Positions 14,110-26,400 of a DNA stretch of 64,000 nt are shown one piece after another. Within the stretch, counting starts at the first letter, position 1; every line of letters begins with the position of its first letter. Under the pieces are notes generated by a model. That model was not told the origin of the DNA and did not search any database. It saw only the letters and a list, made by a program, of their open reading frames with translations. This DNA comes from Mobula hypostoma (taxonomy: Eukaryota). The DNA is taken from NCBI RefSeq assembly GCF_963921235.1, contig NC_086097.1:185878001-185942000 (forward strand). The letters run 5' to 3'. The position numbers were made by a program, and so were the translations under genes.

Positions 14110-14768
14110 CCTTCACAAAGGCAGAACAACACCAGCTCTATTTTCTTAGAAATTTGCGTGAATTTGGCAGGTCACTAATAAACTTGGACGAACTTCTATA
14201 CATGCACAGTGGAGAGTACCCTAACTGGTTGCATTATGACCTGGTTTAGAAGTACCAATACCCTGGAATGGAAAAGGCTGCAGAAACTGGTGGATACAGC
14301 CCAGTCTATCAGATAAAGCTGTCTCCACAATTAAGTACATTTACATAGAGCATTGTCACAAGAAAGCAGCATCCATCACCAAAGTCCCCCACCATCCATC
14401 CCATGCCCTCTTTTCACTACTACCATTGGAGGGAATGTTTAGAACCAACACCACCAGGTTCAGGAACAGTTATTACCCTACAACCATTCAGCTCCTGAAC
14501 TAATGTGAATAACTTCATTCACCAAACTGTTGCTCTGATCTACAGACTCTCTTTCAGAGCCTCTTTACAACTCATTTTCTCAGTATTATTTTTATGTGCA
14601 GTTTGTCACATTGATTGTTGGTCAGACTTTGTCTGCTTATGCATAAATTTTCATAAAATTCTATTATATTTCTTTTCCCCCGCATATGTCTGCAAGGAAA
14701 TGAATCTTAAGGTAATATATGGTAACATAAATGTACTTCGATAATAAATTTACTTATAACTTGAATTT
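14110..14768 (+). mobile_element. Rex1/Babar-type LINE 3' fragment
   Basis: Similar to 53750-54448, including accaccaggttcaggaacagttattaccc and the 3' tail. Confidence 0.8.
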
Positions 14769-14854
14769 TAAGATAATGAGATATTGCTTCTATTACCAAA
14801 AAGATCTAGAATCTGTAGTCAAATAATGGTGATGATTGGCTAAAGAATTAAATA

Positions 14855-15005
14855 TGGCATGAGAAAAAACACTTTTATGCAGTGTGTGCCAGAAGGATCT
14901 GGAATGCACTAGGGAGATGGGTTAGTGCAGTCAGATTCAGTCAAGGCATAATAAAAGAAACTCGATAGATACTTGAAAGGAAAACAATTTGCAGGACTAC
15001 AGGGC
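14855..15005 (+). mobile_element. Old CR1 3' fragment
   Basis: Degenerate equivalent of FF.QRV..WNAL (atctggaatgcact..gatagatacttg). Confidence 0.5.
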
Positions 15006-15522
15006 GAGGATGCTCATTATATAATTGATCAACACAAATATGACCTATTAAGTTAGGAGAACAAATAAATTTCTAAGGTACACATGTTTTCTCTTTACAC
15101 AGAATTGCCACTATTTTCAGAAGTCACGATTTAGCCTTGTGGAATGATATGCCCCTTACTCTGCCTTGGCATTTCCATTTGCAGGGTGTCAACCATATGG
15201 ATGCAGGCTGGAAAATTTAATGGAATATGAAGCTGAGTAGAATCAGGAATCACAACCATTTTTCAGAGGTTAGCTGTCAAATAGTAGGAGCAAACCTCTT
15301 CACTGAATCTGATCAATAGCGTATCTCTCCTACTCCCAAATTTTTCTATTTTTATTTTAGATTTCCAGCATCTACATTTCTTTTAATTTTCATAACAATA
15401 AAACACTGTTGCTCAAAAAAGCCCTCAAAATTAGGTAAGATTTGATCAGCTGACATCTTCTCTACTGATAACGTCGATACTCTGGTGAAAACAAGTGAGC
15501 TTTATTTAAAATGTGATTTTTT

Positions 15523-15531
15523 ACACACACA

Positions 15532-15562
<31 letters not shown>
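15523..15562. repeat. (CA)n microsatellite
   Basis: About 20 AC units with one interruption. Confidence 0.95.
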
Positions 15563-15566
<4 letters not shown>

Positions 15567-15994
15567 AATTAGAGTCAGAGACTAAATATTAACTAAGTGA
15601 ATATGTCCTTTCAATAAAAATCCCTAAAACAACACCCAATCTCCAATCTGGAGTTCAAAAAGATCTCTCAGGAAAATTGAAAAGGGAAAATGAATGTAGG
15701 CACTGTTATTGGCAAACAAGTGCAAAAACCTTCAAATAAATTTCATTTGACACTCTTGTCTCGGATAAGAAATTCTATTTTCATGAATAGTGCTACTTAA
15801 CAAAGTGCTGCATATTCTGAAGAGTGGATAAGAAGTTGGAACTCCGTAATTTAGATTAGATCTGCAAAGAGCAGACAGAAAGGTGTGCTGAAACCCTAAG
15901 GAACCTTTACTAGTTTGTGTTTATAGTAGCACATTGGGCATGTTGGTCCCTTTGGAAACCTTTGGTCTCCCTGAGGCATAATTACCAACTTACT

Positions 15995-16570
15995 TGTTGT
16001 GCCTTTAATATTTCAGTAATATTTGAATAGTATTGTAAATATATTGTTTGATCAAGCATTCATTGTTTACATAATGCATTACGGGTTACGTGTAGAAGTA
16101 CGTGAATGGCAGACGTCATTGTGTCACCACGTCATAATTGCCCGCCTCACAAAAGTAAGGAGGAAGTAGACACGTTATCCCTGGCTCCATGTTTTTCTTT
16201 TGATTAGTTTTTTGTTTTGCGGTACAAACCATAACAGAGGCAACGAGTAAGTTTTAAAATGAATCCAGACATCGACCTGCCTGTTGAAGTGCAGCAAGAC
16301 ATTTGTGTTTAACAAGAAAGAGCAGAACACTTTCTTTACAAGAGGAGAGACACAGTCAAGTAAAAACAAAGCACAACACATTTCTCTCCTTGCAAGAGGA
16401 GACGTTTGAGATATTAAAAAAAAGTGCAGCACATATCTCTTCAGAAGAGGAAGAGAAAAATGGTTAAAGAAAAAGGCAGAAAATGTATGAAATTCATGGT
16501 TTCATAAACAATGAATACAGGGTGATAATAATATAGATTTAAAAAAGGAACAGAAATGGCTGGCTACATC
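15995..16570 (+). mobile_element. Gypsy-type 5' LTR, PBS and leader, truncated at the gag start
   Basis: A TG-starting AT-rich segment ends ..ATAACA at 16236 and is followed by PBS-like GAGGCAACGAG. Gag-like start ATGGCTGGCTACATC (MAGYI) at 16556 directly abuts a CR1. Confidence 0.5.
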
Positions 16571-18180
16571 CTCCAATCCTCCAGCATCTCACCAGTAACT
16601 AAGGACATTTTAAATCCTTCTACAGTGTCCAAGGGAATACCTTGTCAAGACATGGGGATTTATTTGCCACAAGACGACTAACACCTCCTTCTCTGTAATC
16701 TGTATAGCATCCACAACCTCACTGCTGCTTTGCCTCAATTCTAAGGACTCTGTGTCCATCTTCTGAGTAAGTACAAACACAAAAAATCCATTTAGGATCT
16801 CCCCCATCTCTTTTGGCTCCATTCAGAGATTTCCATTCTGTTCTTCCAGAGAACTAATTTTGTTCCTCATTACTCTTTTGCTCTTAATATATCTGTAGAA
16901 GCCCTTAGGATCTTCCTTCACCTTGTCCACTACAGCAAAGTCATGCTTTCTTTTACCCCTCCTGATTTCCTACTTGAGTGTTCTCTTGCATTTGTTATAC
17001 TCCTTAAGCACCTCATTTGTTCCTGCCTGCTATGTACTTCCTTCTTTTTCTTAACCAGGGCCTCAATATCTTTCATAAACCAAGATTCCCTAGGTTCTAA
17101 CAAATTTCCTGTGTTTCTCTACAACCATTCCACTATTGTTCTAGCACTCTGGTTCCCAACCCCTGCAACTTTAGTTAACTAACACCACCCCCCAACTCCA
17201 CCCGCCCCATGTAGTTCTAGCAAACCTTCAAGGTAGAATATTTGCCCCCCTCTATTTCAGGTACAGACTGTCCTTTCTCTTCAGGCCCCACCTTCCCTGG
17301 AAGAGAGCCTAATGATCCAAAAATCTCCCTCCTGCACCAACTCCTTAACTGTGTGTTAAACTGTCTATTCTTCCTACTTCTAGCCTCAGTAGTACATGGC
17401 ACAGATAGCAATCATAAGATCACTACCCTGAAAAACCTCTCCTTTAACTGTACCTAACTCTCTGAACGCATTTTTCAGGACCCCATCACCCCCCACACCC
17501 ATTACATTGGTATTGGTGTGGATCACAATCTCTGGGTGCTCACCCTCCCACTTAAGAACGCTGTGAATTCGATCTGACCCTGTCACCTCAGAGACAACAT
17601 ACCATCCAGGAATCTCACTTCCGTTCACAGAGCTTCCTTCCTGTTCCCCTAACAAATGAATTCCCTATCACAACAGCTCACCTCTTCTCCATCCTGTTCT
17701 GAGCCATAGAACCAGACTCAGTGCCAGAGACCTGACCACTGTGGCTTTCCTCTGCTAGGCCATTACTTCCCTGACCCCCGCCACCCCCAACAGTATCCAA
17801 AGCAGTATACCTGTTGTTGAGGAGAACAGCACTGGCTGCCTATCCCCTTTTCCCCTCCAGATGGACATGCCGTTACCGGTGTCCAACAGCATGGGTGTAC
17901 CCACCTCTCTACACATTCTATTGATCAATCCCTCAGCCTCCCAAATGATCTGCAGCTCACCCATTTCCAGCTACAACTTCTTTACACGGAGTGTTTGAAG
18001 CGACAGCTGGATACAGTTCTTGCAGGTGTAGTTGTCAGCGACACTGGAGGTCTCCCTACCTTCCCACATCCTGCAAGAGGAGCATTCCACTATCCTGCCT
18101 GGCAACTCCACTGCCCTAAATATGCAGTAAGAGAGAAAGAATAAATTACAAAAATAAAACTTACCTACAGTCTATGCCTC
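16571..18180 (-). mobile_element. Old CR1 LINE, internally deleted (ORF1 esterase and ORF2 pieces)
   Basis: SVLKWEGEHPEIVIHTNTN (SGNH ORF1) and MEPKEMGEILNGFF (ORF2). Heavily mutated. Confidence 0.85.
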
Positions 18181-18771
18181 TCCTCGAAAAGATTTTTTTT
18201 TCCACATAAAATCACAATAAAAAAAGAAATGCTCAGTGGGCACAGTTACTCCCACTCCCACTTCCAAGCAATAAACACAGGCATTTTGACTCTATGAGTC
18301 TAAAGCATCAGTTAATTACATAGTTTCTTTGAAGTTACAAATGGATTTTTGTTGAAAAAAGATCTCTTTCAGTTTCTTCAGCTAACAAGATCACAAAATA
18401 TAATCTGGAGTGTTCATATTATAAAGGCAGATAATCTGATGATAGGTCAGATTATCTTCCCTCTCCAAAAGTGCTGCCTGAGCTGTGGAATGCTTCTAGC
18501 ATTTTCTGTTCCAATGACTTGCAAAGGAGAGAACTGTAATTTTATTCTGTTGTACCGAAGACATTTTAAAACTGCTTTTAATTTGTAAGCAAACAACGTT
18601 CCAATCTTATTCAGACCTATCCTTTATAGTGAGTATTCTGGGATTAACAGTATTCACTTACTATGACAGGTTATGTCTCTTCATTTCAACCTTGGTAATA
18701 AGTTTTCTAATTTTGGTGCTCTCTCAGACTGAAATAAGTCATCAGTTTAAACACAAGTCATCAGTTCAATC

Positions 18772-19280
18772 ATAAGTGTTCTGGTAATCTCATTACAGGA
18801 GGGATGTGGATACTATAGAGAGGGTGCAGAGGAGATTTACAAGGATGTTGCCTGGATTGGAAAGCATGCCTTAGGTTGAGTGAACTTGGGATTTTCTCCT
18901 TGGATGAGAGGTGAGTTGATAGAGGTGTGTAAGATGATGAGAGGCATTGATCGTGTGGATAGCCAGAGGTTTTTTCTCCATGGCTGAAATAGCTAACACG
19001 AGGGAGCAGAGTTTTAATGTGCTTGGAAGTAGGTATAAGGGGGATGTCAGAAGTAAGTTCTTCCACACCGAGTAGTGGGTGCGTGGAATGCACTGCCAGC
19101 GATGGTGGTGGAAGCGGATACAATAGGGTCTTTTAAGAGACTCTTAGATAGGTACATGGAACTTAGGAAAATAGACTAAGCAGTAGGGAAATTCTAGGCA
19201 GCTTCTAGAGCAGGTTACATGGTCGGCACAACATTGTGGGCCGAAGGGCCTGTAATGTGCTGCAGATTTCTATGCTGTGT
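18772..19280 (+). mobile_element. CR1 3' fragment
   Basis: ERVQRRFTRMLPGLE-coding segment and 3' end gggccgaagggcctgtaatgtgctg. Confidence 0.9.
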
Positions 19281-19350
19281 CATGTTCAAAGAAGCTGAGA
19301 TCAATGTATAAGTAAGAGCTTGGGAACTCATGACCGGTTTCATACGTACA

Positions 19351-19630
19351 GAGGGTGGCAGGGTACGAGTGGTCAGCACAACACTTTACAGTACAGGGGA
19401 CCAGGTTCATTAGCTGCTGCTGCCTGTAAGGAGTTTGTATGTTCTCCGTGACTGCGTGGGTATCCTTGAGGTGCTCCGGTTTCCTCCCACATTCCAAAGA
19501 TGTAGATTAATTGGTCATTGTAAATTGTCCCATGATTAGGTTAGGGTTAAATCGGGCAATTGCTGGGCAGTACGGCTCGAAGGGCCAGAAGAGCCCGTTC
19601 CACGCTGTATATCAATAAATAAACAAGTAA
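19351..19630 (+). mobile_element. V-SINE (HE1-like), near full length
   Basis: tRNA-like head, V-domain core gtgctccggtttcctcccacattccaaaga, CR1-like tail gaagggccagaa and an aataaataaa end. Confidence 0.8.
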
Positions 19631-20422
19631 ATAATTTTCACTCTTCTACATATGAAGATTTGCTTGTTAGGCATAGTGTCATATTATGGTTGAGAGTTAC
19701 TAACATCCCAGGTAAATTATGTACATCAACAGCTTCAGAAGGTTGCGTGGGATTTTGCAATTTACAAAGTTACAGAGCAAATCAGGACAAACCCAAATAA
19801 TGTAGGGCCGTTTATAAAATTAAGTTTTACATTGTGGTCCTGCAATCAAAACATCTTTCACTTGCTGCCTTTGAGGTTTAATCTCAATGCTAATTGCCCA
19901 TCTAAATTCATTAAGATTTTCCAGAAAGATCAGAAAGGGAACATATTATAGAGGAGTTATAAAATTGTTGGCTTGGCAACTTTGTTAGTGCACTTCAGAG
20001 AACTGTAATATATATTTAGGCACAGGTGTGAAGCAGTGATATAACCAGTGTGCGATGTAGGAGTGACGTTGCTGTTGAGAGACTGCTAGCACATGTGCCA
20101 CATGTCTTGAATACTTTTTACAAGAAGCGATAGTTCTCCATTACAGATATAGTTCTTGTATACTCTGAAATTTCCTTGCAGGCAAGCTCTTCTGCTTCAT
20201 TCCTACTAACCTAATACTTCCTGTGTTTATTTCTAAGCATGTCGCTGTGACTGAATCATGGATGGGCGCCAGTGCTGCTGCATATAATTTTGTTCGACTG
20301 GCGCAGATTTGTTTCCTATTCTGGCATGCTCACCGATCTCATATTGCACCAGATTTCTGCAGCATCAGAATGTTAAATAGGAAGATTGCAGCAAAATCTA
20401 AGTGTGAGGCTTTCTAGAATGT

Positions 20423-21306
20423 TTCTCAGCTCCACCCATAAGGACTCAGTGGACAAGCCCTCTAATCTGTCCAGCCTGAGCACTGCTGTAACATTTTCCC
20501 TGACAAGCAATGATACCACCCCCCCCCCCCCAACCTTTCATTCCTCTGCCTCTATCACATCTGAAACATCGGAACCCTGGAATATTTAGCTGCCAGTCCT
20601 GCCCCTCCTGTAACCAAGTTTCACTATTTGCTATAATGTCATAATTCCATGTGTCAATCCACGCCCTCAACTCATCCGCCTTCCCCGCAATACTCCTAGC
20701 ATTGAAATATATACACCTCAGAAGATTTTTACCACCACTCACAACCTTTCTATTAGCGGCTTTGCTTGAACTTTTAACTTAACTTATTTTCACCCCAGCC
20801 ACACTGTCAGCTCTGGCAGTCTGGTTCCCATCCCCCTGCAAATCTAGTTTAAAGCCTCCCCAACAGCACTAACAAACCTCCCTGAAAGGATACTGGTCCT
20901 CTTGTAGTTCAAGTGTAACCCATCTCTCTTGTACAGGTCCCAACTGCCCCAGAAGAGGTCCCAATTATCCTGAAATCTGAAACCCTACCCCCTACACCAG
21001 TTCCTCAGCCACTTGTTCCCCCTCCAGAGCATCCTATTCTTACCCTCACTGGCACGTAGCACAGGTAGCAATCCTGAGATTACCACCCTTGAGGTCCTGC
21101 ATTTCAACTTCCTACCAAGCTCTCTATACTCACTGTCCAGGACCTCCTCACTCTTTCTTGCTATGTCATTGGTACCGATGTGCACCACGACATCTGGCTG
21201 ATCACCCTCCCACTTCAGAATGTCATGCAAGCGATCAGAGACATCCTTGACCCTGGCACCCGGGAGACAACAAACCATCCTGGATTCTCTGTCATGACCA
21301 CAGAAC
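20423..21306 (-). mobile_element. CR1 fragment spanning ORF1 esterase end and ORF2 endonuclease start
   Basis: MVCCLPGARVKDVS..VVHIGTND (SGNH) and CIYFNARSI..SETWL..GGG (APE). Confidence 0.9.
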
Positions 21307-21367
21307 GGTTTTGAAAGATATTGGTCTTTATAGACAACTTCTAATTTTTTTTCTGATGTAAAATGTA

Positions 21368-21624
21368 TGTTTTAAGGTAAGGGGTGGGAAGTTCAAGGGG
21401 GATATTAGAGGAATTTTTTTTTACTCAGAGAGTGGTTGGTGCATGGAATGCATTGCCTGAGTCAGTGGTGGAGGCAGATACACTAGTGAAGTTTAAGAGA
21501 CTACTAGACAGGTATATGGAGGAACTTAAGATGGGGGCTTATATGGGAGGCAGGGTTTGAGGGTCAGCACAACATTGTGGCCCGAAGGGCCTGTACTGTG
21601 CTGTACTATTCTACGTTCTATGTT
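21368..21624 (+). mobile_element. CR1 3' end, young subfamily
   Basis: Near-identical to the 3' ends of the copies at 1535, 27394 and 33826. Ends in ttctacgttctatg. Confidence 0.9.
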
Positions 21625-21784
21625 TAAGACCATTAAAACAGAAACATTGAGAAAATGGAAGAATATTGAAGAACGGTGTGTGAATATTGTGCCTGCATTT
21701 TTATGGAAATATACTACATGAATACAGAATATAGAGATAAACTGCAGTAGTAAAACAAAGTGGCAACGCTAATTTTAGGCTCAC

Positions 21785-21921
21785 CTTTCCTGGCGAGTTT
21801 GCTCCTCTGTTGTTTCCATGGCACATTCCAAGGAATTCTGCAAAGACTGAAACTGATTTATGGTTTCCTTCAGCAGAAGACGAGTCACAAACTGTTCCAA
21901 ATTACTCGAATTCTGATATTC
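21785..21921 (-). CDS. NECAB1: NECAB1 internal coding exon (137 nt, phase 0 to 2)
   Basis: Acceptor tttttgtgcag|GAA and donor GAAAG|gtgagc. Encodes [45 protein letters not shown](R), matching recalled vertebrate NECAB1 [46 protein letters not shown]. Confidence 0.95.
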
Positions 21922-22109
21922 CTGCACAAAAATAAACGCTATATTGAAACCGTCCACTGAGAAATAATAACTGAATTTAAGATGTCAGTTGCAGATTGAA
22001 ATACATGCCATTGAACTGTTAATGCATTTAAAGTTAAAGTATGGGAGGAAATGGATTTTTCGGAGGCTTAGACGTTTGGTCTCTCATAGTCGGAGGCAAA
22101 TTATCATGC

Positions 22110-22905
22110 AGCGTGAACATAGGCCCTTTGTCCCATCTCTTCCAAGCTGACATAGATATTTTCCTGAGCTAATCTTATTTGCCTACATTTGCCCCATATC
22201 CTGCTAAACCTATCCTCTCTATGTACCTGCTCAAACGTCTTTTAAACACTGTAATGGTAACTGCTTCTACTGCTTGCTCTGGCAGTTCCATGTGAAAAAA
22301 TATTTTCCCTCTCACTTTAAACCTACGACATCTGGTACAACCATCCAACGTGTATGACTCTCTTGATTTTATAAACCTCTATAAAATTACCCCTTAGCCT
22401 CCTTTACTCTAGGGAAAACAATTCCTGCCTAGCCATTGTCTCCTTATAATTCAGACTCTCAGTCCACCAACATCCTTGTGAATCTCTTCTGCACCCTTTC
22501 TATTTTAATCACAACCTTCCTATACTATGGTGACCAGAACTGAACACCACCCTTTAGTTACAACAGAACTCTTGTTCTCAGTGACTCAGAAACCCTCCAA
22601 TGAAGGCAAGTGTGCCATATGCCATCTTCATCACTTTGTCTATCTGTGTTCCACTTTCAGGAAACTATATAACCTCTTCCCTCTGTCTTACCACACAGGG
22701 CTATCAATTACTGTGTAGATCCTACCCTGGTTTAACTTCCAAAAATGCATCACTTTGGATTAGCCTGAATTAAATTCCATACGCTATTCTATTGCCAACT
22801 TTTCCAGTTGTTCTAGATTCTGTTGTAACCTTAAACTTCCTCTTTCACACCACCAAGTTTGATATTGTCTGAAAACTTAATGATCACACTGCCAACGTTC
22901 TCATC
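22110..22905 (-). mobile_element. Old CR1 3' portion
   Basis: Degenerate similarity to the CR1 RT C-terminus (aatctcttctgcaccctttc, tggtgaccagaactg). Confidence 0.7.
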
Positions 22906-23293
22906 CCTGCAATTTGTTGGTACTTTGTCATTTTCCTCTGCCTATGACAAATCACCTACCAAAATTCTGATAGTCAAAACGACAAAGTTTACTATTTGTT
23001 TTCTATTTAGAATTGGGTTAGTATTTTTTACTTGGTAGACTTAAATAGATTCTTCAAGTAAATCAACATTGATTTGTTATTTAAACATGGGTGTGTTAGT
23101 ATTTCACAAATAAGCATAAATCATATAAAAAACAAAACAAGTAACATATTTCAACAGCATTTCAAGATAAACATCACAGGAAATTTATGTAGGACAACAG
23201 GAAGTGTAAACAGAAATAGGAGGAAATGTTGGGCAGGCACATGAAAGCAATTGTAGAACTCAACTTGCAATGGAGGCAATTTACATTTAAAAT

Positions 23294-23488
23294 TAACACA
23301 AACAAAATGCTGGAGGAACTCAGCAGGTCAGGTAGCAACTACGGAAAAGAGTACAGCCAATGTTTCTGGCCGAGACGTCAACTATACCCTTTTCCATAGA
23401 TCCCACCTGGCCTGCTAAGTTTCTCCAGCACTTTGTGTGTGTTGTTTGGATTTCCAGCAGCTGGAGATTTTCTCTTGTTTGTGATTAA
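23294..23488. mobile_element. Short Penelope-terminus-derived inverted-repeat (hairpin) element
   Basis: Arms caaaatgctggaggaactcagcaggtcagg and cctggcctgctaagtttctccagcactttg. Possible 9-bp TSD atttaaaat at 23285-23293 and 23489-23497. Confidence 0.7.
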
Positions 23489-23774
23489 ATTTAAAATCTC
23501 TCATTCTGTACTAATTTGGCAGATCTGGATTAAGTGGTTATCAGAAATTGTTGAATTCGATGTTGATACTAATTGCTGTTAAGCATTTATGTTCGAAAAG
23601 TGCAAGTCACGAAAGATAGAGAGGTCAAAGTGCACTCTCTAGATAACCAGCCTTCCAGTTTCTTTCAAAATAGCCAGTTCTGTTGAAATGTCCTCAGTTT
23701 GCAAAGTTAACAGTCTCTCTCTGTCAACACATATGCGATTCCAGGATTCTCCATAGCCTCCATAGTATCCAGGT

Positions 23775-24290
23775 CACCTTCAAGAAGCAGTGCCTCACAA
23801 AGGTAGCCCATCATTAAGGACCTTCACCACCCAGGACACGCCCTCTTTTCAATGCTACCATCAGGAAGGAGGTACAGAAGCCTGAAGGCACACACTCAAT
23901 GATTTAGCAACGGTTTCTTCCCCTCTGGCGCCTTCAAGTGCAGTCGCTGCAGCCGAGACTGTCACTCCCATGTGGGACTCTACAGCCACAACAGACGCTG
24001 CCCTAACACAGACTGAAGCAAGACTTTCCAGGCACAGATCCATGGTCTCGCGAGATTAACGGATGCCACAACTCTTCCCCTCTGCCATTTAATTTCTGAA
24101 TGGACATTCAACCCATGAACACTACCTCACTACTTTCTTTATTATTTCCTGTCTTTTGCACTACACACACACACACACAGTGACTGTAATTCATAGCTTT
24201 CTTTGCTCTCTCTATTATCGTGTATTGCATTGTAATGCTACTGCTAAGTTATCAAATTTCACCATGTAAACCGGGTGATATAAACCCGGT
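23775..24290 (+). mobile_element. Rex1/Babar-type 3' fragment, interrupted by RTE and Penelope pieces
   Basis: aaggaccttcaccacccaggaca..taccatcaggaaggaggtacagaagcctgaag. The tail resumes at 24700 (gatattaaacctgattctgattct). Confidence 0.75.
23928..24072 (+). mobile_element. RTE-clade LINE 3' end
   Basis: Encodes C-terminal zinc-finger-like FKCSRCSRDCHSHVGLYSHNRRC. 12-bp TSD tcttcccctctg at 23916-23927 and 24073-24084. Confidence 0.75.
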
Positions 24291-24697
24291 TCTCAAACTT
24301 CCGCTAATGCCCCACCTCCCCCTCGTACCCCATCCATTATTTATTTATTTATATACACACATTCTTTTTCTCTCTCTCCTTTTTCTCCCTCTGTCCCTCT
24401 CACTATACCCCTTGCCCATCCTCTGGGTTCCCCCCCCATCTCCCTGGGCCTCCTGTCCCATGATCCTCTCATATCCTCTTTGCCTATCACCTGTCCAGCT
24501 CTTGGCTCCATCCCTCCCCCTCCTGTCTTCTCCTATCATTTTGGATCTCCCCCTCCCCCTCCCACTTTCAAATCTCTTACTAACTCTTCCTTCAGTTAGT
24601 CCTGACGAAGGGTCTCGGCCTGAAACGTCGACTGCACCTCTTCCTAGAGATGCTGCCTGGCCTGTTGCGTTCACCAGCAACTTTGATGTGTGTTGCT
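24291..24697 (+). mobile_element. Penelope-like element 3' terminal region
   Basis: Closely similar to 42110-42519 (ORF end, pyrimidine-rich tract, hammerhead motif, tail). Confidence 0.85.
24598..24633 (+). ncRNA. Minimal type I hammerhead ribozyme motif (Penelope-associated)
   Basis: AGTC-CTGACGA-AGG(gtctcgg)CCT-GAAA-CGTC-GACT. Stem I AGUC/GACU, stem II AGG/CCU, palindromic ACGU stem III. Predicted cleavage after C24629. Confidence 0.8.
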
Positions 24698-25634
24698 CAG
24701 ATATTAAACCTGATTCTGATTCTCTTATTTTAGATTTCCAGCAGGTTCTGTGTTCTGTAAGTCGCAGTTCATCACTTAGTGTATCTTTTTTCTGTCCTCA
24801 TTCTCTCCTACATACATCTCATTCAGACAAATCAGCTGCTATAAAAGAGCCTTCTCCACCTTCTCTCAGCTGTCAGCAATTTCCAAGACAGTCTCTCTTG
24901 ATTTCCCCATTATAAACATTCCCTTTGTTCCCCCATGCCTCCCAGTACTCAGCACCTTAAAATATATTTGCTTTCTAACCTTGCTTATTACTGATGTAAG
25001 TCAATGATCTCAAACATTAATTCTGCTTCTCCCTCTGCAGGTATTGCCTGATCTGGCCTTAAAGGAGACTTTTAAAATATGCCAAGAAACTCACTTCCAT
25101 GAAAATGGCAAGCTACTATAAAGCTTTTAAAACAGCTTATCAATAATTGTAAAGCTTCTATTGTTAAGGACATATTATTAAAACCTACATCTGTATGTTA
25201 TGAAGCTCTTTTTGTAATATCTCTCAGCAGCTAAATAGACTGCGTATGTCAAAAGTTAAAAGTCAGTGTGTTGTACATGCACAAGTACCCGTATGCCCAA
25301 TATGCAGTCAGGAATTGTAAGGGACGAAGCTAACTTTCAAAATGTAGATCTACAAATCCTTTCATTTCTAGTGTAGAGCATTGATCCATTTCAAACTGGA
25401 GGAGTAGAGATATGGCTTTACATTGTGGACATTTATAAAAACACAGTTGCATTTTTGCTGACCGTCTCATTTTTGCTGCACTTGTCAGACCCTGTGGGTT
25501 CTAACAATAATTAATGAATACTGTGCAGTTTTTGGCATTCCACAGCTCTGAACGATGTCATAATTTATCTGTCCAAGTGCATTCTGCAGTAGCCCAGAGA
25601 AAACTGCAAGTGCTCTTCCTCAGGATTCTAATGC

Positions 25635-26204
25635 CAGCATATCCTTTCTTAGATAGGGGGTCCAAAAGTGCGGTCTGACTAATGCCTTACAAAACTTCGG
25701 CATCACATCCATTCTTTTATATTTACTCCTCTCAAAATGAATGCTAACATCGCATTTGTTTTCCTTTCCACTGACTCAACCTGTAAATTAACCTTATACA
25801 CGAGGGCTCCCAAATCCCTTTGCACTTCATATTTCTGAGTTTTCTCCCCACTTAGAAAGTAGTCTATGTTTTTATTCCTTTTATCAAAGTGCATGACCAT
25901 GCACTTCCTTACACTGTATTCCATCTGCCACTTCATTGCCCATTTTCCTAATCTGCCCAAGTCCTGAAGACTCCCTGCTTCCTGAACACTACCTGCTCCT
26001 GCACCTATCTTTGTAATATTCTTCAAACTTGGCAACAAAGCCATCAATTCCATCATCCAAATCACTGATGTATAATGTGGAAAGAAGCAGTCCCAACACT
26101 GACCCCTGTGGAACACCTCTGGTCACCAACGGCCAAACAGAAACGGCCCTCTTTATTCCCACTCTTTGATACCTGCCAGTCAGCTAATCTTCTAATCATG
26201 CTAG
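25635..26204 (-). mobile_element. CR1 RT fragment (older subfamily), host of the Gypsy insertion
   Basis: LGKWAMKWQMEY..KCMVMHF and a GVPQG-like segment. A further CR1 piece resumes at about 30338-30410. Confidence 0.85.
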
Positions 26205-26400
26205 TGTGGCAATGTGCTACACACAGAGCTAGAAATAACGACACGCCGTCTCTAGGTTGCACTCGAGACTAGCTTATTCCAACTTCGCGGCACTGGCTTT
26301 TACGCAGTTCTGTTCCCGCCCTCTCCGGGCAGAAATGATGTCAGAGACGCGTGCGCCATTTTGTGAGCCAGTTCGCCTGCGTAGAAAGTGGGTCGCCACA
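26205..26400 (-). repeat. 3' LTR of the Gypsy element (196 bp)
   Basis: Inverted termini TGTGGC..GCCACA, adjacent to polypurine tract gggaggggggaggg on the minus strand. Confidence 0.85.

Noticed and set aside
19351..19430. tRNA-like sequence
   Set aside because: It is the degenerate head of a V-SINE and forms no complete cloverleaf.
24220..24915. 231-aa Pro/Leu/Ser-rich ORF
   Set aside because: Read-through of the pyrimidine-rich Penelope tail and flanking Rex tail. A low-complexity artefact.
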